In this document: piece by piece, positions 1 to 7,193 of the stretch
Layout: the number at the start of each line of letters is the position of its first letter
Position numbering within the stretch: the stretch's first letter is position 1
Origin: Eledone cirrhosa
Taxonomy: Eukaryota
NCBI GenBank assembly: GCA_964016885.1
Contig: OZ024742.1
Coordinates: 374,852,001 to 374,916,000 of the forward strand
Reading direction: 5' to 3'
DNA length: 64,000 bases
Notes under the pieces: model-generated
Database searches by the model: none
What the model was told of the DNA's origin: nothing
What the model saw: only the letters and a program-made list of their open reading frames with translations
Made by a program: the position numbers and the translations under genes

Positions 1-17
1 ATCTAGTCTGGAGTCCT

Positions 18-90
18 TCTCAAGCTACAAGGCTTGTCAGGCTGGTGCTTTAACCTGGATAAGCACCAGCCTGACAAACCTCACTTGAGA
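18..90. repeat. Inverted repeat / hairpin (21-bp inner stem, 10-nt loop, 7-bp outer stem)
   Basis: AGGCTTGTCAGGCTGGTGCTT (30-50) is the reverse complement of AAGCACCAGCCTGACAAACCT (61-81) with one mismatch (C33/A78). TCTCAAG (18-24) pairs with CTTGAGA (84-90). Confidence 0.9.
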
Positions 91-169
91 CAGTTTTTTA
101 GACAAGATAATAAACATATCCTATATACACTCATATACAACTCTACTATTAACAACCATGTATATAAAT

Positions 170-201
170 AATATAATATATAATATAATATAATATTATA
201 T
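170..201. repeat. (ATATA)n / (TAATA)n pentanucleotide microsatellite
   Basis: ATATAATATAATATAATATAATATAATATTATA read directly. Confidence 0.8.
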
Positions 202-425
202 AAATGTATTATAGGCAACTCTTATTTTAACCTTGCAGTTTCTTCTGCATCAAAACTCTTATTATTTTGGTTTGCATTTAGTAAATCATTGGTAAATCAA
301 GCTGTTGTATCTATGTAGTAAATATTCCCTGCTGCCTTCTATCCTGTCTTTTCCATTTTTGTAACATTTTTCAAGTCTATGGTTATAGGAATATAATTTT
401 ATGTATTTTCATATGTTTCTTGTTT

Positions 426-888
426 CTGTGTACAGTGTGGTGTGTGGTGTGTACTGTGTACACTGGTGTGTAGTGTACACTGGTGTGTACGGCATACACT
501 GGTGTGTAGTGTACACTGGTGTGTACGGCGTACACTGATGTGTAATGTACACTGTGGTGTGTACTGTGTACACTGGTGTGTAGTGTACACTGTGGTGTCT
601 AGTGTGTACACTGGTGTGTAGTGTACACTGGTGTGTACGGCATACACTGGTGTGTAGTGTACACTGATGTGTAATGTACACTGTGGTGTGTACTGTGTAC
701 ACTGGTGTGTAGTGTACACTGTGGTGTGTAGTGTGTACACTGGTGTGTACGGTGTACAGTGTGGTGTGTACTGTGTACACTGGTGTGTAGTGTACACTGT
801 GGTGTGTAGTGTGTACACTGGTGTGTACGGTGTACAGTGTGGTGTGTACTGTATACACTGGTGTGTAGTGTACACTGTGGTGTGTACA
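426..888. repeat. Complex GT-rich minisatellite built from GTGTACAC(T) palindromes and GGTGTGTA units
   Basis: Repeated 15-21-bp subunits such as GTGTACACTGGTGTGTA. The marker TACTG recurs at 691, 769 and 847, giving a 78-bp secondary period. It explains the Tyr/Thr/His/Val ORFs at 399-1062. Confidence 0.9.
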
Positions 889-966
889 TATTTATATGTA
901 TATGTATTTATGTATACATATTTATATATATTTATATATACACATGTATACACATATATATATATG

Positions 967-998
<32 letters not shown>

Positions 999-1086
999 CA
1001 TATATGAACTTACACATGCACATATTCACAGTTTGTCAGTACAAACGAAAGAAAAGAGCTAACACATGTGAAAGATATATATATGT

Positions 1087-1117
<31 letters not shown>

Positions 1118-1199
1118 GTGTCACACACATATATATATGTGTGTCACACACACATATATATATATATGTCACACACACACATTATATATATATATGTGT

Positions 1200-1232
<33 letters not shown>

Positions 1233-1234
1233 GT

Positions 1235-1281
<47 letters not shown>

Positions 1282-1395
1282 AAATATATATATATGACAT
1301 ACACACACACATATATATGTGTGTGTGTATGTCATATATTATATATATGTTATATATATATATATGTTATATATGTCATATATCATATATATGAC

Positions 1396-1456
<61 letters not shown>

Positions 1457-1476
1457 TGTCATATATATATATATAT

Positions 1477-1533
<57 letters not shown>

Positions 1534-1538
1534 TGTCA

Positions 1539-1578
<40 letters not shown>

Positions 1579-1628
1579 CATATATGTCATATATATATAT
1601 ATATATGTATATATATATGACATATATG

Positions 1629-1664
<36 letters not shown>

Positions 1665-1674
1665 CATATATGTC

Positions 1675-1736
<62 letters not shown>

Positions 1737-1810
1737 CACATATATGTCAAACACACATATATATATATGTATATGTATGTGTGTATGTTTATATGTATGT
1801 GTGTATATTT
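889..1810. repeat. Compound (TA)n/(CA)n/(TG)n microsatellite with GTCA/GACA/TACA interruptions
   Basis: Long TA runs read directly, with a short unique island at ~1005-1075. It produces the poly-YI ORFs. Confidence 0.95.
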
Positions 1811-2169
1811 ACTGACATTGGTCATTGGTATTGTACCTTTGTTTAAATATAATTATTTTTTATTACTCTACTCCATATTATGTAAACGGCTAAGACCCTT
1901 TATGTTTGCCTCTGTTCTATTGTTGTAATTGCTGCTGCTCTCTTGGTCAATTTATTTATTTATTCATTATTGTATTTTTTTAAATTTTGTTACATCAATT
2001 TTTTGTTTGTTTTATAATTTTTTTTCCTATCTTTTCTCTCTCTATTTTGCCCCCTTTTACTGCTTCTTCAAGCAAACATGTTGATCTGGTTTGTAGAACC
2101 AGGAATAAATTGCTAATTATAACCACATACATCTCTCTGTCTTTCTATTTTACATTCACTTTTCAGTTT

Positions 2170-2319
2170 ATTAACCCTTACTGTGTTTCTAATGAAATAC
2201 ACTCAGTTTTCAACTAATTAACCCTTTCATTACTGTGTTTCTATTGAAATACACTCAGTTTTCAACTAATTAACCCTTTCATTACTGTGTTTCTAATGAA
2301 ATACACTGTTTTCAATTAA
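2170..2319. repeat. 52-bp tandem repeat, ~2.8 copies
   Basis: TACTGTGTTTCTA(A/T)TGAAATACACT at 2179, 2231 and 2283 (period 52). TTAACCCT at 2171, 2218 and 2270. Confidence 0.9.
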
Positions 2320-2417
2320 CTTCTTATGAGAAGTGATGCTAACATCCAACATGATTTTAGATTGATGCTTAAGAGAAGAATTTTTTTCAGTTGAATCAAC
2401 TATAAAACAAAGGTTAA
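2171..2417. mobile_element. Putative TTAA-bounded non-autonomous DNA element (piggyBac-like MITE) with amplified left end
   Basis: Begins TTAACCCTT and ends AAAGGTTAA (imperfect terminal inverted repeat including TTAA). TTAA followed by CCC is the piggyBac-type terminus. The left end resembles the element at 2451. Confidence 0.4.
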
Positions 2418-2450
2418 AAAACTTGTATTTTAAATCTGTTATTGTTAGTT

Positions 2451-2674
2451 TTAACATTTTTGTGACAGTATTTCTAATTAAACACTCTATTTCAATTAAT
2501 GAAGAATTTTGAGGGATTTGCTGGAATCAATAATTATTTCATTACTAAGATAGTGACTTATATATATGATTCTTATATAAATTGTGTTGGAAAATTTTAA
2601 TATAAATTGGAGTGGTTTTGTTTCATAGAACCAGAGCCAGTTTGGGCCAGGTTGGTACTCAGTAAAAGTGTTAA
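2451..2674. mobile_element. Putative TTAA-bounded MITE (piggyBac-like), degenerate
   Basis: Left TTAACATTTTT versus right AAAAGTGTTAA (10/11 inverted match). AT-rich, non-coding, 224 bp. The internal TATTTCTAATTAAACACT..TTTCAATTAA resembles the 52-bp unit upstream. Confidence 0.5.
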
Positions 2675-2779
2675 TTCATAGGGAAATGGATTGTGAGAAC
2701 TGAGTATGACACATACAGAACTGTCAGCAAAGCAAGAGTTAATGATTCCAGCTAGTAATCTAGTGTATGTGTAGGTACC

Positions 2780-2820
2780 CATCATCATCATCAACAGCAT
2801 TGTTTAACATCTATTTTATG
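2780..2820 (-). mobile_element. Short 3'-tail remnant of the (GAT)n-tailed SINE-like family
   Basis: CATCATCATCATC..TGTTTAACATC is the reverse complement of a GATGTTAAA..GATGATGAT tail, like those at ~5410-5441 and ~6748-6778. Confidence 0.35.
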
Positions 2821-2924
2821 AGTTAAAGTTATTTCTCATTTCCACCTGTTTATTATAGTTGCATAGGAAATAAGTTTAAGACAAGATGCCTTTTGAAAGA
2901 GGACTCTTCAGTTGTGTGAAAGAC

Positions 2925-4983
2925 AGCAAGATCTTTGTCAGCCGCTCTCCAGCTATCTATTTAAGGCTGTACATGGCTATGGTGCAGCGACACTTAGAAT
3001 TTTCATCACCAGTCTGGAACCCCTATCTTCCTCAGAACATTGACCGCCTGGAAACTGTTCAGAGACTTGCAACCAAGCGAATACCCTCCATCAGGCATCT
3101 ACCATACTCTGCACATCTTGCTTCCCTGGGCATGGATACATTGAAGCTCTGACGTCTGGCAACTGACTTGGTAAACACCCTCAACATTATTAACCATCTC
3201 GCCAACAACAACCCTGAGTACTTTTTGATTTCCATGTGTCTAACACACGTGGACATGCCCACAAAGTCAGAAAACAGTACAGTTCCCATGACTTTCGGAA
3301 ACATTTTTTCACACTCAGAGTTGATGAAGCATGGAACAAACTACCTGCATTAGTTGTTAGCTGTCGAGACACTGCATCCTTTAAAACCTCCATGGAACAA
3401 ACTACCTGCATCAGTTGTTAGCTGTCGGGACACTGCATCCTTTAAAACCTCCATGGAACAAACTACCTGCATCAGTTGTTAGCTGTCGAGACACTGCATC
3501 CTTTAAAACCTCCATGGAACAAACTACCTGCATCGGTTGTTAACTGTCGAGACACTGCATCCTTTAAAACCTCCATGGAACAAACTACCTGCATCAGTTG
3601 TTAGCTGTCGAGACACTGCATCCTTTATAACCTCCATGGAACAAACTACCTGCATCAGTTGTTAGCTGTCGAGACACTGCATCCTTTATAACCTCCATGG
3701 AACAAACTACCTGCATCAGTTGTTAGCTGTCGGGACACTGCATCCTTTAAAACCTCCATGGAACAAACTACCTGCATCAGTTGTTAGCTGTCAAGACACT
3801 GCATCCTTTAAAACCTCCATGGAACAAACTACCTGCATCAGTTGTTAGCTGTCGGGACACTGCATCCTTTAAAACCTCCATGGAACAAACTACCTGCATC
3901 AGTTGTTAGCTGTCGGGACACTGCATCCTTTAAAACCTCCATGGAACAAACTACCTGCATCAGTTGTTAGCTGTCAAGACACTGCATCCTTTAAAACCTC
4001 CATGGAACAAACTACCTGCATCAGTTGTTAGCTGTCAAGACACTGCATCCTTTAAAACCTCCATGGAACAAACTACCTGCATCAGTTGTTAGCTGTCAAG
4101 ACACTGCATCCTTTAAAACTTCCATGGAACAAACTACCTGCATCAGTTGTTAGCTGTCAAGACACTGCATCCTTTAAAACCTCCATGGAACAAACTACCT
4201 GCATCAGTTGTTAGCTGTCAAGACACTGCATCCTTTAAAACCTCCATGGAACAAACTACCTGCATCAGTTGTTAGCTGTTGGGACACTGCATCCTTTAAA
4301 ACCTCCATGGAACAAACTACCTGCATCAGTTGTTAGCTGTCGGGACACTGCATCCTTTAAAACCTCCATGGAACAAACTACCTGCATCAGTTGTTAGCTG
4401 TCGGGACACTGCATTCTTTAAAACCTCCATGGAACAAACTACCTGCATCAGTTGTTAGCTGTCAAGACACTGCATCCTTTAAAACCTCCATGGAACAAAC
4501 TACCTGCATCAGTTGTTAGCTGTCAAGACACTGCATCCTTTAAAACCTCCATGGAACAAACTACCTGCATCAGTTGTTAGCTGTCGGGACACTGCATCCT
4601 TTAAAACCTCCATGGAACAAACTACCTGCATCAGTTGTTAGCTGTCAAGACACTGCATCCTTTAAAACCTCCATGGAACAAACTACCTGCATCAGTTGTT
4701 AGCTGTCGAGACACTGCATCCTTTAAAACCTCCATGGAACAAACTACCTGCATCAGTTGTTAGCTGTCGAGACACTGCATCCTTTAAAACCTCCATGCTT
4801 CCCGAGATTCGCCAACACTACACCTAATATTCCCCCTCCATACACACATGTATATCATGACTCATACACTATTCACTTCCCTGACATTTGTATATTATTC
4901 TATGTACTATACATGCACCTTTGACGAGTTGTAGTGCACCTGAGCACTTTACACAATAATTACATGATTATCATTATTATAAT
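2925..4983 (+). mobile_element. 5'-truncated, decayed CR1-clade non-LTR retrotransposon (ORF2 C-terminus plus 3' UTR) with internal tandem expansion
   Basis: Translation gives LYMAMVQRHLEFSSPVWNPYL..IDRLETVQRLATKRIP..HLPYSAHLASLGMDTLKL*RLATDL and then TRGHAHKV..RKHFFTLRVDEAWNKLP..VV..ASFK. These match the CR1/L3 post-RT motifs LY..LVRPHLEY..VW.P, LE.VQRRATK, TRGH..KL and R..FF..RV...WN.LP. There is an in-frame TGA at 3150-3152 and a frameshift near 3230. The ORF ends LPEIRQHYT-TAA at 4825-4827, and an (ATT)-like tail lies at ~4966-4983. Confidence 0.88.
3330..4797 (+). repeat. 61-bp minisatellite, 24 copies, derived from the end of CR1 ORF2
   Basis: Unit CATGGAACAAACTACCTGCATCAGTTGTTAGCTGTC(GA/GG/AA)GACACTGCATCCTTTAAAACCTC. 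First CATG at 3330, final CATG at 4794, difference 1464 = 24 x 61. Confidence 0.97.
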
Positions 4984-5441
4984 GTCCCTAGTGCTGGTGG
5001 CACAATAAAATGTATTCAGTGCAGTCTGTAGAGTGTGGGAATATAAGTAAGCAAGATGCAACTCCGTGACCCATCTGTCAGGTCAGTGGTGTAGCAAAAC
5101 CTTGAGATTGTTCTCATGTTCTCAACCAAGATGGTTAGATAACATCCATGAGCTTGGCTGGTCATGCTTGGGCATTCAATTGGAGATGGTTGCTTTTGAC
5201 AGGACCCACTGGAAGGAGTGCTTGAGGACTCTTCCCCCATGACCCTCTCAGGAATAAGTGGGCAAAGAAGAAGAGAAGCCATATATATATGGTTTAGGAA
5301 AGGCATCCAGCTATAGAATCAGTTCAGTATGAGCAAGACATGGTCACCTAACCTAACATTGCCCACAACAGGACAACTCGTCTAACCCATGCTAGTGTGG
5401 AAGAATGGGCGTAAAACGGTGATGATGATGATGATGATGAT
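4984..5441 (+). mobile_element. (GAT)n-tailed SINE-like/retroelement 3' portion, apparently split by an RTE fragment
   Basis: 5290-5441 (TTAGGAAAGGCATCCAGCTATAGAA ... GTCTAACCCATGCTAGTGTGGAAGAATGGGCGTAAAACGGT(GAT)7) aligns by eye with 6620-6778. The segment 4990-5038 (GTGCTGGTGGCACAATAAAA..AGAGTGTGG) resembles the upstream part of this family as I recall it from octopus DNA. Family name not established. Confidence 0.6.
5040..5279 (+). mobile_element. RTE-clade (Expander/Rex3-like) LINE 3' end fragment
   Basis: The frame from 5126 reads PRWLDNIHELGWSCLGIQLEMVAFDRTHWKECLRTLPP*PSQE*. This resembles the RTE/Expander C-terminus (RW.D.V..L.W..LGI......VA..R..W...L..LPPRP), with a likely CGA>TGA at the Arg. 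It is followed by a very short UTR and a (GAA)n-like tail. The 5' boundary is approximate. Confidence 0.65.
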
Positions 5442-5467
5442 ATATATATGTATATATAGGGGTTACA

Positions 5468-6165
5468 AAAGTCACTGATGTTATTTCAGCAATCTCCAGC
5501 CATGATACACTTACTTAATGAACCAATAATGCTGCAGTTGTGAAACTGCATCTCGATGTTCAGGGTGCACACATACAAAATAGCGAGTGCAGTGGCAGTG
5601 TTTAGCTAAAGATACTTTGTGTGTCTAACCCCTGAACAGATTTCGTTTCTGTGCAATATTCTGTCCAACAACAGTTAATAAAACTGCACTGTGCAGAAAA
5701 TTGCCTATTATCAACAGATATTACAGAATTGGACAAACCTGAGCAGGTTAACGCCCTACTCAATACAAAGATCATTCGTGTGTATATACTAGGGCATATT
5801 GCTCCGATAATAAATCTAACAGTCCTACACTATCATGACACATGACCTCTAAATAATAAAGGAAGACCATTGTATGAGAAAAAACACGTTACTGTGGGTG
5901 AATATATATACATATATACACACTTATACACATATAGAGATATATGTATATACACATATATACACACATATAAAGGCTGACTAGTGATATAAAGTCAAAC
6001 ATTCAAACAATACATAGAAATATGGAAAACTGTAAGAGAAGATATGTAGCTGAAACACGGTTGTAAAAATACACAGTTTAAGAAAGTCACTGATCTTATC
6101 TCAGCAATCTCCAGCCATGACTCAATTAATTAATGCAGTTGTGCATCTAGATGTTCAGTGCACAT
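5468..6165 (+). repeat. Local dispersed direct duplication (5468-5575 and 6083-6165)
   Basis: AAAGTCACTGAT(G/C)TTAT(T/C)TCAGCAATCTCCAGCCATGA ... TGCAGTTGTG ... CATCT(C/A)GATGTTCAG..GTGCACA is present at both sites, with indels. Confidence 0.8.
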
Positions 6166-6579
6166 ATATATATATTTGTGTGTGTGTGCATACGTATGGA
6201 TCCAAATGTTTGTGTTTACACTCCAGGCTCTGAGGAAAACCTGTAGTATACCACAGCCAGTGTCTTTAAAAATACTATTAATGTCTTACAAAATATTTTA
6301 AATATCTTCTATAGGAATTGTACAATATACCTGGACCGAGACCTTTGGCGGTACTCAGTAATAGAGAAGACCCGCCTTACCTAAATACAAAGTAAAAACC
6401 TACTACAGTCAGTAGGCATCTCTATCAAAACACACCCCGTCCCACCACCTCCACCCCATCCACACCGCCCCTTTCAATGTAAAGTTATGTTGGTCCCACA
6501 ACATCCAGGCCAAAACGAATGAGATCGTGTAGGTGTCACGACAAAAAAACACACAGTCCATGCTGTAAATATGGCCGTG

Positions 6580-6778
6580 TAGGCAACACAGTAAAAACCT
6601 CCCAGCCCCACACTGTCAATGTGGTTGGTGTTAGGAAGGGCATCCAGCTGTAGAAAACCCGCCAGACAGTCCTATGCGAGCAAGACAACCACTCTTGCCT
6701 CAAGTGGGAAAACCCCCGTCCAAACCCATGCAAGCGTGGAACACGGATGCTAAAACTGATGATGATGATGATGATGAT
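6580..6778 (+). mobile_element. Second copy of the (GAT)n-tailed SINE-like element 3' portion
   Basis: GTGGTTGGTGTTAGGAAGGGCATCCAGCTGTAGAAA ... GTCCAAACCCATGCAAGCGTGGAACACGGATGCTAAAACT(GAT)7, homologous to 5290-5441. The 5' boundary is uncertain. Confidence 0.65.
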
Positions 6779-6842
6779 ACATGTTTCTCCCTTGTGTTCC
6801 TTGAAAAAATTGCCATTATCAATAACATTAGCAACAATGATT

Positions 6843-7071
6843 TCTTAATATCTGTTAAATTTCAATTAGTTAAAACTTTTATGGTCATACTGTAGCAAGT
6901 ATGTACGTGTGTATGTATGTAGTCATGTATGTATAATAATAATGGAGAAATTATTGTGTACAGTGCTCTGGTGCACTACAACTCATCAAATGTGCATGTA
7001 GTCATACAGACATCTTAATATCTGTTAAAACTTTTATGGTCATACTGTAGCAAGTATGTACGTGTGTATGT
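6843..7071 (+). repeat. Local direct duplication (~60-75 bp; 6843-6916 and 7013-7071)
   Basis: TCTTAATATCTGTTAAA and GTTAAAACTTTTATGGTCATACTGTAGCAAGTATGTACGTGTGTATGT are present in both copies. The first copy has a 15-bp extra segment between two GTTAAA motifs. Confidence 0.85.
6933..7003 (-). mobile_element. Extreme 3' end (~70 bp) of the same CR1 family, inverted, with a candidate 10-bp target-site duplication
   Basis: The reverse complement TACATGCACATTTGATGAGTTGTAGTGCACCAGAGCACTGTACACAATAATT..ATTATTATTAT matches 4910-4983 (TACATGCACCTTTGACGAGTTGTAGTGCACCTGAGCACTTTACACAATAATT..ATTATTAT). ATGTAGTCAT occurs at 6917-6926 and 6996-7005. Confidence 0.85.
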
Positions 7072-7105
7072 TTCTGTGTCTTCTTTTCAAGTTGTAAGAA
7101 CATCT

Positions 7106-7119
7106 GCAGTAGAGGGCAA
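7106..7119 (+). promoter_or_regulatory. CTCF-like motif (candidate only) about 75 bp before the satellite
   Basis: GCAGTAGAGGGCAA matches CCASYAGRKGGCRS at 12/14 positions. Motif similarity only. Confidence 0.25.
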
Positions 7120-7193
7120 CTACTGTCCTTAAAAATACTGTCTTACAAAAGTTATAAAATATCCTCCATATCTATGGTAGTAATTGTACAATA

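Noticed and set aside
399-1846. Eleven ORFs of 67-200 aa rich in Y/I/T/H/V/C
   Set aside because: They are read-throughs of the GTGTACAC minisatellite and (TA)n/(CA)n microsatellite, which lack stops in several frames on both strands.
285-2217. Short open frames in unique AT-rich stretches (minus strand ~285-375 and ~1990-2085; ORF 1987-2217) as exons
   Set aside because: They are short, low in complexity and carry no recognisable domain; they are compatible with chance.
2886-3421. ORFs 2886-3152, 3168-3353, 3236-3421 and antisense ORFs as host genes
   Set aside because: They are fragments or shadows of the decayed CR1 ORF2 (internal stop and frameshift); the RT and endonuclease domains are absent.
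3330-4797. 61-bp array as a CRISPR array or repeat-protein gene
   Set aside because: There are no unique spacers and no cas genes. 61 is not a multiple of 3 and stops occur in the shifted frames. The unit is LINE-derived.
5651-5845. Possible small exon (..CAACAG|TTAATAAAACTG..GAGCAG|GTTAAC) in ORF 5651-5845
   Set aside because: The donor site is weak, I recognise no protein similarity, and there are no supporting neighbouring exons. RNA-seq would be needed.
6536-6895. ORFs 6536-6733 and 6674-6895 (poly-Asp)
   Set aside because: They overlap the SINE-like element, and the poly-D is its (GAT)n tail.
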